In this document: positions 1 to 12,400 of the stretch, one piece after another | Numbering within the stretch: position 1 is the stretch's first letter | Layout of the letters: every line of letters begins with the position of its first letter | Source: Octopus sinensis | Taxonomy: Eukaryota | NCBI RefSeq assembly: GCF_006345805.1 | Contig: NC_043015.1 | Span: 38,564,001 to 38,628,000, forward strand | Length of the DNA stretch: 64,000 nucleotides | Direction: 5' to 3' | The notes under the pieces: model-generated | The model's database searches: none | Told to the model about the DNA's origin: nothing | What the model saw: the letters and a program-made list of their open reading frames with translations, nothing else | Position numbers and translations under genes: made by a program

Positions 1-436
1 GAGGGTCCATCCTAACAGAATAGGAATCAATGGGGTACATGGGTAAAAAAGGGTTGGGAACCACTGATCTAATCAATGTTTTACAGATCAGATCTGAACC
101 AATCCTACCCAGATCTTTCTTTCTTGTTCTAGTGACACAATTCTTTCCATTCTCAATCTGTGTGTCTCAACAGAAATATGGTAACAGAACTATGGTTAAG
201 CACTGTGACTCCGGTACTCAGAACTAATGCTACAAGTCCAGTACACTAGACTAGTATCACATTTCTGCCAGTGACATTCAAGACAAGCCAACAAGAGGGC
301 CTCTAATACAATCACTTGACCAGCTAGAAATAGCAGACAAATCTCCCTCAACTTACACATTAACATCTTACAAATGGAAGGCAGTACTGGGGATAAACAA
401 CAACAAGAACAAATCCAAGATGGCTAAGGAAAGGTT

Positions 437-789
437 GGATCTTTTCCTTTTGATAGACGGAATTCAACACAGTTTCTAGTTAACTAAACAATTTGAAACT
501 TCGTATACTGGTAGAATGTGTCAAAAGAAAACATTATTTTCACTTGGCTTTTTTGATAAATTTGTAATTCGTTTGTTTAATGTAGTTTAATTTTTCAAAT
601 TTTAACCAATCGTTAAAATGATTTCAGCAAATGATTTCAGCTCAAAAGAGAGCATACGATTGGTTAAAATTTGAAAAATTAAACTACGTTAATGTTTTCT
701 TTTGACACATTCTACCAGTATACGAAGTTTCAAATTGTTTAGTTAACTAGAAACTGTGTTGAATTCTGTCTATCAAAAGGAAAAGATCC
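437..789. mobile_element. Fold-back element/MITE with 99-bp terminal and 32-bp internal inverted repeats
   Basis: 437-535 vs 691-789 have one mismatch; 582-613 vs 656-687 are perfect. A related arm fragment occurs at ~53515-53610. Confidence 0.85.
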
Positions 790-838
790 GAAAGGTTAAT
801 AAATATTTAAAACAAAAACAACAACAGCAACAACATAC

Positions 839-930
839 CCTGACTGTTTTAGGTGCTTTGGATACATTTGCTGCCACAGACTAAAACAATGGTCATCTTT
901 CAAGAGGCACTTCACCAAACTGGTCAGTAG
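839..930 (-). CDS. TMEM214: TMEM214 exon 10 (LLTSLVKCLLKDDHCFSLWQQMYPKHLKQS); gene continues beyond window start
   Basis: WQQMYPKHLKQS matches WRQLYPKHLSQS. 92 nt, phase 0 to 2, donor GG|GTATGT. No further exon recognised in 1-838. Confidence 0.96.
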
Positions 931-1518
931 CTACAACATCAACAGCACAAAACACCTGAGAATATACTTATGGATTTCATTGGCATTCAGTTATTATATA
1001 TACACAGAGGTAAATACAGGTAGATAGATACACACACACGCTTACATACATATATGCACATAGGTGTACACCAACTCACTTTCAGTAAGATTTGAACTCA
1101 GATTACAACAAATCAAAAGTAACACGCTAAGAGTTGCTGAAGCATGGAACAAACTGCCGGCATCAGTTGTTAGTTGTCGGAGCACTGCATCCTTCAAAAC
1201 TTCCATGCTTCCTGAGATTCGCCAACACTGCACCTGATTTTCTCCCCTCCATACACACAAGCAAGCATGTATCTGACTCATACACTGTTCACTTCCCAGA
1301 CATTTGTACATTACTGCATATGCTTTATACGCACTTTTGACAAGTTGTGGTGCACCTGAGCACTGGATACAATAATTTCATTATATCATAAGGAAAGAAG
1401 GCAAAAGTTGACATTTGTAGATTTAAACATATCTTCTAGAAAGACAAACATATTTAGTCTAGTTTTCTCCAAACACAAGAAAGTAAGATAAATTGTTTGA
1501 TATTTTATAAAGTTTTAC

Positions 1519-1620
1519 CTCTGTTTTCAAGGCTTGAGAGCATGTGGAATTCAATCTGGTTAGGTAGGATGGGAAAAAAGATCGTAACGTTTTGTCTGGA
1601 TTTGGTCCATATGTAATAAC
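1519..1620 (-). CDS. TMEM214: TMEM214 exon 9 (VITYGPNPDKTLRSFFPSYLTRLNSTCSQALKTE)
   Basis: Matches VLAFGAKPDSTLHTYFPSFLSRATPSCPPEMKKE. 102 nt, phase 0 to 0, AG/GT sites. Confidence 0.96.
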
Positions 1621-2075
1621 CTTAAGAAAAAAAACAAATACAACAATTACAATAAATAAACAAAGCACTTTTGAACAGAATATAAACAATGGAAAAAAGA
1701 ACAAGAAAATCAAGGATAATGAAGAAGTAATTAAATAATCTGATAGGAGAAATAAAAATGGAATGAAGGGAATATGAGACAGACAGACAACACAAAGGGT
1801 TACAAGAGGTAGACAAAAACTTGAAAAGGGACAGATGCAATGCAGACAGACAGACAGACACTGTGAACAGTGAATTGTATGCTGAAAAAAGGGGGGAAAA
1901 AAGTAGATGTTTCTCAAAGTAAAGATTTAAGAAACAAGGAACAAAACCTACGAGATACTTTTTTGCTTTTTATTTTATAACTAAAAACGTTAACATTTTC
2001 TTAGAATAATTCGTCAACCAGAAAAAATGTGTGCTTAAGAAGTGGCAGACAAATAAAAAAAAAAAAGGTATTTAC

Positions 2076-2217
2076 CTTCAATTTTGCATTTAACACTTTT
2101 AATTTTTTCCGTAAATCATTTTGTATATTGATGTTAGTGTTGTATATCAAATCAAGGATGTAGAAATATTCCTTTACAGAAATTACTCCGTATGCAGAAG
2201 ACACATTCTTGTGAATA
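2076..2217 (-). CDS. TMEM214: TMEM214 exon 8 (IHKNVSSAYGVISVKEYFYILDLIYN...LNAKLK)
   Basis: Acceptor TTTTTCCAG, donor AAG|GTAAAT, 142 nt, phase 2 to 0. Aligns to MHPNLTKGFGMIGPKDFFPLLDFAY...YPRLK. Confidence 0.92.
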
Positions 2218-2346
2218 CTGGAAAAATATAAATTCATATTGTAGGACGGATTAAAAAAAAAAAAAAAATTAAAAATCAAATATGAATGAATTTGTTTCAA
2301 TAACAAAGACTTTTCAAATAATATGAAATAAATACAACATCCTCCA

Positions 2347-2531
2347 TCATCATCATTGTTTAACGTCCGCTTTCCATGCTGGCATGGGTTGGACAATTTG
2401 ACTGAGGACTGGCGAACAAGATGGCTGCACCAGGCTCCAATCTTGATCTGGCAGAGTTTCTACAGCTAGATGCCCTTCCTAACGCCAACCACTCCGTGAG
2501 TGTAGTGGGTGCTTTTACGTGCCGGTGGTAC
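2347..2531 (-). mobile_element. RTE-family 3' end. Further copies at ~10545-10742(+), 20645-20885(-), 34225-34446(+), 37904-38140(-), 39585-39935(+)
   Basis: Shared sequence ...GGATGCCCTTCCTAACGCCAACCACTCC... and (CAT)n tail. Confidence 0.8.
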
Positions 2532-2958
2532 ATAAAAAGTTTGGCCCTCTATGTGAAGGAAATGTTGGTATCCCTTCCTTGAAAATCATCATTATATTTG
2601 TTTTAACATCCATTTTTCCAAGATTGCATCAGTCAGACAGAATTTGTTGAGTCTGGATGCCATTCTCATCTCCACTCCTCATGGTTGGATACATTTTCAC
2701 AGAAGATTCGAAATGAAAGACATTACTTCTATGATGGTGGCACTTATTTACAACTATTGTGCAATGTCAAAACAGAGAGACAGATGCACACACAAACTGG
2801 GCTTCTTTCAGTTTTGATCTACGAAACCCACTCACAAAGCTTTCATTGGCCTGAGGTGTGATAGTGGGACTGAACCTGAAACCATGTGGCATAACGAGCT
2901 TCTTAAAATTGTGTGTGTGTGTGTGTGTGGTGTGTGTGTGTGTGTGTGTGTGTACATA

Positions 2959-3174
2959 GGAGGGAGTGCTGAAAAGTCCCTGGCTTTAAGGGTATCACAA
3001 AGGGACTGGTTGGGGGTCCAACATTCTGAAGTCTTTTACAGGGTTTAGAAAAACTAAAGGACTGCTGCAATAAGTGCATGGATCTGAGAGGGAAATAGGT
3101 TGAATAAAATCATAATTAACTGATCCTCCTCTATTTTCTTTTACCCAGAACCAAGACCTTATCAGCACCCTTGT
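2959..3174. mobile_element. Mariner-like MITE
   Basis: Imperfect TIRs GGGAGTGCTGAAAAGTCCCTGG / CCAAGACCTTATCAGCACCC around ~170 bp of non-coding interior. Confidence 0.6.
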
Positions 3175-3477
3175 GTGTGTGTGTGTGTGTTAATTGCTTG
3201 TAGGGACACAGTATTTTCGTTTTGCAACCATAATATACTACCAAGTGTGTTAAAGGTTTACAAAATATTGCATCTTATTTTGGTGTTAGTAGCACAATAT
3301 TTTTCACTTTTAAGCTTATCTCTATAGACTTTCTACAGAATTCAGAACCAGCCACTGCCAAGATGTTTTATCTAATGAATACGTTTGTGTAAACTATACA
3401 ATCGCATTGTTTACAGAGACGAAATGTCACACCTTGTAGTTCTGGCACGGAATTCTACAGAAAATCTAGAGAGAATC

Positions 3478-3826
3478 CCCATCATCATTTAGCATCCATT
3501 TTCCATGCTGGCATGGGTTAGATGGAACTGGTAAGTCAGAGAGCTGCACTAAGCTCCAGTCTGATTTGGCTTGGTTTCTATGGTTGGATGCCCTCCCCAA
3601 CACCATCCACTCCAAGAGTGTAATGGGTACCTTTTACATGTCATCGGCACTGGTCACGACCACGATTTCACTTGGCTTAGCATGTCTTCTTAATCACAGC
3701 AAATCGCCAAAGGTCTCGATCACTTGTCATCACCTCTGTGAGATCCAACATCCAAAGATCATGCTCCACCACGTCATCACACGTCTTCCTGGGCCTACCT
3801 CATCCACAGGCTCCCTCCACAAAAAT
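3478..3826 (-). mobile_element. RTE LINE 3' end (same family)
   Basis: VEGACG*GRPRKTCDDVVEHDL...TSDRDLWRFAV plus the family 3'UTR and tail. Confidence 0.8.
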
Positions 3827-3896
3827 ATATGAATATATGTTAGGTGAACTTATAGCTAAAATTTGGGGAAAAAAATTGTGAAATCTGCATGTATAC

Positions 3897-3984
3897 CTGA
3901 ATAACGTCTCTAAGTAGTCTACGGGATATGATGCCACCGTTATTGTACGAAATCCCAATGAAGAAATCATAAGTTCCATCCAAA
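3897..3984 (-). CDS. TMEM214: TMEM214 exon 7 (IWMELMISSLGFRTITVASYPVDYLETLF)
   Basis: Acceptor TTTGTTTTCAG, donor CAG|GTATAC, 88 nt, phase 1 to 2. Aligns to VWLGIMLPVLG...AITYLDRL. Confidence 0.9.
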
Positions 3985-4649
3985 CTGAAAACAAAGAAAA
4001 AAAAGCATTTAATATGTGTGTGTGCATATGTATATACATTCTTTTATCGTTTACTTGTTTCGGTCATTGGACAGCAGCCATGCTGGGCATACATTTTTAT
4101 TTCATATTTATTTGTTAGTGGAGACAGTTAACACCTCTCAATCACAGTATTTTTTTTAGGCTGTGACAGATTTTATTTGGGAATTTTGTCCTTCTAGAAC
4201 AGAGAGCATCACACTTTTTGCTGGCTGGTAGATTGGAGCAATGTGAAATAAAGTGTCTTGCTCAAGAACACAACTGAACTTAGAACATAAAGGATCACAA
4301 GGCATTTTGTTTAACACTACAGTTTCTGGCAAAAGCTGGACTACATACAGGTAAATGTTACCAAAATAGGATTTCAAAGGGTTTCTTTCATCACCGTTAC
4401 ATGATGGCGACATGCACAGGAACAAACAACTCAATATGTGTAGACACATACCTACACATATGTACTCTTATCTCAATGCATGTGGACACACCTGCACCTA
4501 CACCGCAACAATGTGAACACTCACCAGCACACCTGTAGACTAACCTCAGTACGTGTGGACACACATGCAAACAGGCACACAAAATTAAGCAAAAATATTC
4601 AATGTCAAATGTCAAACTAAAAAGTTAACATGGAAAAATATGAACTTAC

Positions 4650-4755
4650 TTCTCAAACCTGTAGAAAGGTCCTTAAAACCAGCTTGCCCTAAAGCCCAAA
4701 GGATAGCAGAGCAACGCAAAGGGCGATTTTGGTGACTTTTTAAAAGTTCCATGTA
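4650..4755 (-). CDS. TMEM214: TMEM214 exon 6 (YMELLKSHQNRPLRCSAILWALGQAGFKDLSTGLR)
   Basis: ELLKSHQNRP and WALGQAGF are strongly conserved TMEM214 motifs. 106 nt, phase 0 to 1, donor GTAAGT. Confidence 0.97.
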
Positions 4756-5044
4756 CTGTTTGATAGAGAAACGGGAGGAAGAGTCAAACGAGGGAAGTAT
4801 TTTCCAATGAGGAAAAAAGGAAAAAGTTACATTTTTATTTTAATGAAAAAATACAGGAAATAATGAGACGAACTACAAAAGTTGATCAAATGGAACTGTC
4901 TGTTACTGGTACAAACTTAGGTGACAGAAAGAACTGTAGTTTCCAAATTAACATCCAATTAATGTATTTTTCCATGCTAGCAAGGGTTAGAGAGGTACAT
5001 ATTTGTGATAATGGACTGAATTGAACCATAACTAATCTGCACAT

Positions 5045-5290
5045 TTTAAGAACTCACAGATGGTGATTCAACAATTCCCCCTCACAGCTGCATGCACATC
5101 TGCGATGTTTTTCTCAGTTCTGCTGGTTGCGGGTCTCCCAGAACGTTTGTCAATATTGACATTTTTTCGGCCATCTTAGAAACGTCTGAACCACTCAAAC
5201 AATTGTGTGTGGCTCATACACCCCTCTCCATACACTTTCTGCAATTTTGCGTAGGCCTCTGAGCAGGTATTACTATGACAACTTTCTTTG
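5045..5290 (-). mobile_element. Mariner transposase N-terminal fragment
   Basis: SEAYAKLQKVYGEGCMSHTQLFEWFRRF*DGRKNVNIDKRSGRP is a mariner HTH region with an in-frame stop. Confidence 0.85.
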
Positions 5291-5491
5291 TTATGGTCAA
5301 TGCAACAACCACATGCTACACACCTTCCTTCCAAGCACTGCTCTGAACCCCAGAAGTGAGCTAGAACGTTAAAACAGTGTGCATGCACAGCAGAGTTCAG
5401 GGTCAATCTGTGGCAAGCAGCTTTACTCTGTGTGTTTTAGCTTCATTACTATGAAGCTAAAACACACAGTCCGGATACTTATTGATCAAAC

Positions 5492-5535
<44 letters not shown>

Positions 5536-5946
5536 TACACACTGGAGCCTGGAGCAGCCTCCTGGCTTCCCAGACCCTGGTCGAACCGTCCAACCCATGC
5601 TAGCATGGAAAACAGACGTTAAACAATGATGATGATATATATATCATCATCATCATCGTTCGTTTAACGTCCACTTTCCATGCTAGCATGGGTTGGACTA
5701 ATATATATATATATATGTATGTATCATACACAGTTATATATATGGTTGTCACCAGGATGAGGGAGTCAATATATATTCTTTAAGAGCCAAATCTTAAATG
5801 TCAAATTTTAGGTTTATATTTTAATTCATTTTTTTATGATGCAAATGATTTGTTCATCAATAAAAAAAAAACACGCTTGAAACAGCTGTAGTGAACAGGT
5901 GTTCGTTCTTGTACAATATATCGTTATGGTCAGCTAATTCGCTTAC

Positions 5947-6029
5947 CTGTGGAAGTTTGGAGATGACTAGATCTGGTTCTTCTCGAGCCAATAACTGAAT
6001 AAATATACGATAACCATAAGTTGGTAGAC
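5947..6029 (-). CDS. TMEM214: TMEM214 exon 5 (GLPTYGYRIFIQLLAREEPDLVISKLPQ)
   Basis: GYRIFIQ matches HGYRICIQ. Acceptor TTTGCAG, donor CAG|GTAAGC, 83 nt, phase 1 to 0. Confidence 0.95.
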
Positions 6030-6298
6030 CTGCAAATGAAGTAAGTCTTAGAATAGACAGACAGCAAATTGTGAACTGATAAAAGCTGGAAGGAAAGAAA
6101 GAAAAGACTGCAATGGTTGAGTCAATCCAACAATCTGAAGCAGCACCAATTTGTATAGAGGTACTCTCTAAGTGGTACTGATATATATATACAAGAGATA
6201 ATGGTGTCATTGAGACCCAATAGTGTCTATTTTCTTTCCTCCACCTCACTCTGTATTTTGTATCACATCTAAACTAACTATGACTTAATTTTTCCTCT

Positions 6299-6338
6299 CC
6301 GATGAAGGGATATTACTAATATCCTGGAAACAGCTGTA
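6299..6338 (+). ncRNA. Degenerate minimal hammerhead ribozyme motif of Penelope-like-element type
   Basis: C(C)GAUGA, stem II GGAUAUU/AAUAUCC, GAAA, palindromic stem III ACAGCUGU, GUA triplet. Stem I pairs poorly. Confidence 0.5.
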
Positions 6339-6402
6339 AAACCTATCTATAAATGTTCTAATATCTATACAGCCTTGGTTTTCTATCTCATTACGCAAAA
6401 AA

Positions 6403-6450
<48 letters not shown>

Positions 6451-6873
6451 CTTTTGTCTTTTAGTTAAATCAATCCTATAACTTACTTTTTGAAACCTAA
6501 TACTTATTCTATCCATCGTTTTGTTTATCTGCCTTTGTACCTCCATAACAGCTCAAAGATTATTCTTCTGGCTAATTTGCGATGCAGCAGCAGTTGGAGT
6601 TTAAGTGACCATCCATTTGAGGCACTACTCTATGTTATTCATACTAAATTCATTTTACTTTCACTCACCATGTATATAAAATCTGTTATAAGTTTGGGTG
6701 TTGAAATGGGAGAAAAAGTATTGAAGCAGGGAGTTCATTCATTCAGTTGAAGTTTCAGATCCACTCTGTCCACTACTCAGAGTTTCTCCTACTGTGTCTG
6801 GCAATTCAACTTGACCGTTTGTCAAGACGGAGTGTGGTGCTAGATGCTCAAGGAGGGAAAGTACGTGACTTAC

Positions 6874-7005
6874 CTTTTGCCGATTCATTCAGCATACTGT
6901 TAATGGAATGCCGGAAAATCAGTTCACGCTGGACGGCAGGACTGCGACGTAAGGTTAATAGAAGAAACTTTTTCACATCACTTCTAAGCACACAGAGGGG
7001 GAAAT
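6874..7005 (-). CDS. TMEM214: TMEM214 exon 4 (DFPLCVLRSDVKKFLLLTLRRSPAVQRELIFRHSINSMLNESAK)
   Basis: Acceptor TTTTTTGGCAG, donor AAG|GTAAGT, 132 nt, phase 1 to 1. Aligns to DYPYSLVS...FFDHCLFTMLQE. Confidence 0.92.
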
Positions 7006-8826
7006 CTGCCAAAAAACATTTAAAAGATTACAGTCAGAAATACTTGAAGAGGTAGCTGGAGTGGACAGATAGCAGAAATGGTAGGGCATTTTTAAATTCT
7101 ACAAAGAACTTTGGTTAGAACCCACAAGTCAAACTGAACTTTTGCCTTTTGTCTTTCCCAGGCTGATGATGAAATAAGAACTAGGGTTATTGACAGTCAT
7201 CACTTACTCTTACCCTCACCCACCTCTACTACTAGCCACCACCACCACTCTATTATACTCTTACTTTCTTCTGTAATTGCTTTATCTACTAATTGCTATC
7301 ATTTTTTCTTCTCCAAGGATCTGACTGAAGTCAGAGTTCATGTAGGTCAACCACATGGTCACAGCAGACGAGGAAATATCTCAGAGATGGGAACTGACCG
7401 GGATACTGCTCAGAGGGTTGCCCAGGACAATCCAAGCAGACACCGACAAATGGTGGATGCAGTGATGTGCTGCAATGGTGCTTCGACCATACCCAACTTG
7501 ACTATCTTGGTTAGGTTTCCTTTAGTGAATGGACACATCATTGAGTAATTAGTACTCATTAGTCTTGTGAGGTAGAAGGTAACCTCACTAATGATGGTGC
7601 CACAATAAAATATGCTCAATACACTTTGTAAAGCGATTGGTTTTAGAAAGGGTGTCTCACCAGAGAAACCAAGACAAAAATGAAATGTATAAGTAAGATG
7701 AAGTCCTCTGACTCTTCTAGAAGGGCAATGACTCCAAATAAGAACTGACTTGCACCATGACAAAATGCTTGACCCATGATTTTGGGGACAATGTGACTGA
7801 CTATACCCCTAGAAGACTGCACCTCAGAAGGCAACAGGCAAATGTCTGAAACCAGTAAAATTGTCAGGATTTGTCTTAACCAACCAACCAACCAGCCAGC
7901 CAGCCAACCAACCAAGCAAATAGTAAAAAATAATTTCTAACTTTAGCCACAGATTTCTGGATAGTGATGTAGTTGTTGATTTTATCATCCATGGTACTTG
8001 ACTGGTGCTTATTTTATCAAAGTTGGAAAGGTGAAAGATAATACGTCAGGATTGGCAGAGTTTCAACTTAAAATCAGATCAAATATATCTTGTGAGATAT
8101 GGATTCCACTTCTCTAACCATAGTAATAATTATTTTTAATTTAGGCAAAAGGCCATCAGTTTTGAGGGAAGTGATTTAGTCAATAGCATCCAACCCAGTA
8201 CTTCACTCATACTTTATTTTATTAGCCCCAAAAAGATGAAGGTGATATTCAAACTCACAATGTGTAGATCTAGATACTGCAAGGTATTTTTTGCAAAAAC
8301 TAACAATTCTAACACTCCACCATCCAAACGACAATAATAATGGTTTCAAATTTTGCCACAAGGGTAGCCATTTAGGGGGAGGGGTGAGTCGGTTACATCA
8401 ACCCCAGCGTTTCACCTGGTAGTTAATTTATCGACCTGGACGGATGAAAAGCAAAGTCAACCATGGCGGAATTTGAACTCAGAACGTAGAAACGGGCGAA
8501 ATACCACAAAGCATTTTGTCCAGTGTGCTAAAGGTTCTGCCAGCTCGCCACCTTAATAATAACAACAACAATAATAATCTTTTCTACTCAAGGCACAAGG
8601 CCTGCAATTTTGGGGGAGGGGGCCAGTCGATTAGATCAACCCCAGTATGCAACTGGTACTTAATTTATTGACTCTGAAAGGATGAAAGGCAAAGTTGACC
8701 TCGGCGGGATTTGAACTCAGAACATAAAGACAGAGGAAACACTGCTAGCCTTCCACCCAGCATGCTAACGATTCTGCCATGATTTAATACTAAGATTAGT
8801 AATAATCCCATTGAAATAAAGTTCAC

Positions 8827-8980
8827 CTTTTGGTTTATCTTTGAAAACTGGATCTTTTTCTTGAAATTTTTCAAACTGAACGTTTAGGTAAGATGAGAGA
8901 TCTTTTAGCCAAACTTCTGGGTTATCTGGGAACATGGTCTGGTCTTTTATAAGAATCTGCTCAAGTGTAGCTTTGTCAAT
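8827..8980 (-). CDS. TMEM214: TMEM214 exon 3 (IDKATLEQILIKDQTMFPDNPEVWLKDLSSYLNVQF...KDKPK)
   Basis: FPDNPEVWLKDLSSYLN matches the conserved FSGNPSIWLKDLASYLN. AG/GT sites, 154 nt, phase 0 to 1. Confidence 0.96.
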
Positions 8981-9248
8981 CTTTAACAGGAAAATAGAGA
9001 AATTATAAAATACTTTTAAATAAGAAAAGGAAATATGAAAATTAAAATTTTAAAATTCTTACAAATAAAAGTCAACAACCATTACTGTATATAGTTAATT
9101 AGCATATTTAATTAAGTGAACATCAAAAAGCTAATTAAAAGAACACAAGTTCAATGACTAATACTACTTTATTCAAATGCCGGCATGGAAAATGGACATA
9201 AAATGATGGGGACACAACCCAGAGAGAGAGAGAGAGGACGTGTCTTAC

Positions 9249-9490
9249 CTGGTTAATAGCATCTTCAACACTAATTTTCTTCTTTTCTTTCACTTCTGCT
9301 TCCGGTTTTTTCTTCTTTGCATTCCCATTCTTCTTGTTGTCGTTCACCTTGGGTTTCACATTGTTCGCCATCTTGCTGTTGTTAGTTTTATTGTTGTTGT
9401 TGTTGTTGGTGATGTTATTGTTGGCTGCTGCCTTCGACTTTTTACTGGCCCAAAATGCTTCAAATATGGTGCTATCACTGGCTGAGTTTT
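9249..9490 (-). CDS. TMEM214: TMEM214 exon 2 (ENSASDSTIFEAFW...poly-Asn...KKKISVEDAINQ)
   Basis: Acceptor TTTTTAG, donor CAG|GTAAGA, 242 nt, phase 1 to 0. STIFEAF resembles STLYERGF and SVEDAIN resembles SLEEALK of TMEM214. Confidence 0.9.
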
Positions 9491-12400
9491 CTAAAAATGA
9501 AAGAAAAACAAAGAAATATAAAATAGGCGCAGAAGTGGCTGTGTGGTAAGTAGCTTGCTTACCAACCAAAATTAAATTATATATATGTATACATACACGT
9601 GTGTGTGTGTTTGTCCCACCACCATCACAGTAACATGTCCCTAGTTTCACACCACTATTTGGCCCTTGGGCATCTTTCACAGAATCCTCAGGACAGTTGG
9701 CAAGCTGAGTATAAATGCAGAATTGTGGTTTCCTTTCTCTCTTGACCTACCAGTCTAAGATCCTGAGAAATGGTCAGAGATGCTGCCTCATCTCTAAGCT
9801 AAACCCTTTTTTTTTCATAAACCAATAGCAGACCTGTTCACTGGCGGACAACAATATTTTTTCTGTAGAACATTGAAGGTTAAAACTAATGAAGTAAACA
9901 TTTCATGACAATCAGAAATGTTGATTTGAATGCATTTACATTTTTATAAAAGCCATCTTCAGGTGATTCTGTTACTTCATATTTGTCTTAGAGAGGATAT
10001 AGCCAAGTGGTAAACGAACCTTGCATTGGTTTGACAAATGAGGATCCCAATTACTCAACCAACTGAACTACTTAGAGGCCAAGTGACTAACACATATATA
10101 CCTTAATATTCACATAAGCTTAGCATTAATGCTTCATGCCACCAAGATACAATTCATCTAATAGGCTTCTGCACAGTTTCCACCAACCCAATAACACTTC
10201 AGATGACAAGAGGCCATAGCGTATTACACTTTTCTCACCCAAGGTGCTGAAGAGTAGAGCTGAATGTAAAACCTGAAGAGTGAGAAGCAAATTTCTTAAG
10301 CACTTGGCCGTGTATCCTTACTGTATTATCTCTACGCTTGAGGGAACGGCCTGACACATCCCACCAGCATTTTCTCCTTTTGCCAACTGGGGGGGGGGCA
10401 TCATCTCCTTAACAGCAAAACACCTGTTCCCATCCCTCTGACATACTTTTACTAATCCCCTGGCACAAAGTCACTTCCCTCAGTACTATTCCCCACTCAG
10501 TCGTGGGCCTTGTCTAGCAAGTTACTCGGTGACCTCAATGCCAGCACCACACAAAGAGAACCCATTACATTCTGTGAAGTGGTTGGTGTTAGGAAGGGCA
10601 TCCGGCTGTTGAAACCATGCAAAAGAAGACATTGGAGCTTGATGCAGTCCTTGGCTTATCCTCTCCTGTCAAACCATCCAACCTATTCCAGCATGGACAA
10701 TGGGCACCAAATGATGATGATGATGATGATGATTACCATGATGTGATTCAGAGTTATGCTTTCAACAGGATAAAATTTTTAAAAACAATCAAAATTTTTA
10801 TCCCTTTTGATACAAACCAAGTGAATCTACCTTTAGCTCTATGACACTAAATCTTGGTTTAAAGTGAGCTAAATTAAAAACCTTCCATTGGAATTTCCTG
10901 TTAAATTAAGTTTCAGGCACCATCTAATAGTGACAGAGTTATTTGGCTAAATCCTTATTTTCAGAATGACTTGAAACAAGAGCAGTGTATGTTAACAGGA
11001 ATATGGTAAGAAAATGGTTAAGATAATGAAAAGTTCAGGTGTTATTATGCCTTCATCAATTCATAAAAATGGGACAGAAAAGAGAAAATGTGAAGCAAAT
11101 CTTTAAGAAAAGGAAACAAATTTCAATGTTAGGCTTCCAACAACCTCAACCACAAAACAAAGCAAGAATCCAAATCTTTGATGCAACAACGTCAGCAAGA
11201 TCAATAAATCTATTCATCAGATCAAATAAGAATATTAATAAATGTAGAATTTCCATGAGGCTTACTAGTACGTAGAGTAAGCAATTTTTATTATGTCAAC
11301 CAAATGGGAGAAGTTTTTTTTTTTCCTTTTTCAATCTTGTTGCCATTATGTATACAGATAGAAGGATCAATAGACCTCAGTCCATATTACAATAGCAGCA
11401 ATATCTAAGTATATAATACAATAGTAAAAGCAGTACAACTATTACAATAACACATTGTATGTTGAGACATAAACAGGTCTGCAAATATATACAAACACAC
11501 ACACACACAGACACAAAAGCACACGTGTGTATGAAGTTAGTTATTTGATGTCAATACTCAGGTGTTTGTCGTTTGAGGTGATCTTTAACATGATGATAAA
11601 AAGAGAAATCAAAACTATTGATCTGATTTTGTTATCACCTGTGAAGTTGCATAAAGTGAGAGAAAAAAAATTCTTAACGTGCACGTGGCTGAGCACACCG
11701 CAGACACATGTAAACTTAAAGTAGTTCTCAGGGAGATTCAATCAGTGTGGTATAATGGGACATGGTTGGCCCATTGAATTACAGGTACAATGCAATTTTG
11801 CCAGCTGAGTGGAATGGAGTAAATATGAAATAAAGTGTCTTGCTCAAGGTCAAAACAAGCTGCTGATGGAACTCGCGATTGTCAGTTGAATACCCCAACC
11901 ACTAAGTCACACAGCTTCACTAGCAAGCCAGCTCAACCCACCCCGGGTGAATGCTGTCTCAAACAAGCAAAACTAGCAAGTGAGAAAGCAAAGAGTGAAT
12001 CACCAACTTCATACAAATATACTTTACACCATGTGTTGAGTACTCTTTCTCTAATTGGTAAAATTGAAAGATGTGTACACACACACACACACACACGCAC
12101 ACACAGAGAACTCAATACATAAACATGTGTGCATTAATACACACAACACACATATATATCAGCCTCTTTTTAATGTCTACTTTCCTGCTTGTACAAGTTA
12201 GACAACATTTGTTGAGGCACAATTTCTAGAGCTGGATGCTCTTCCGGGTAACATTTCCTCCTCATGCTTTGAATACAAACAGCACAATGGCTGGACAGGT
12301 TTTCACTGCACTGCTTGTATGAAGAAGACATTCATTTACAAATAGCACACAATGTCAAAACAACGCACACACACACATATATACAACAGGCTTCTTACAG

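Noticed and set aside
1042-1340. ORF as a TMEM214 exon
   Set aside because: No similarity to TMEM214. Exons 9 and 10 already join in phase, so this is probably a retroelement fragment.
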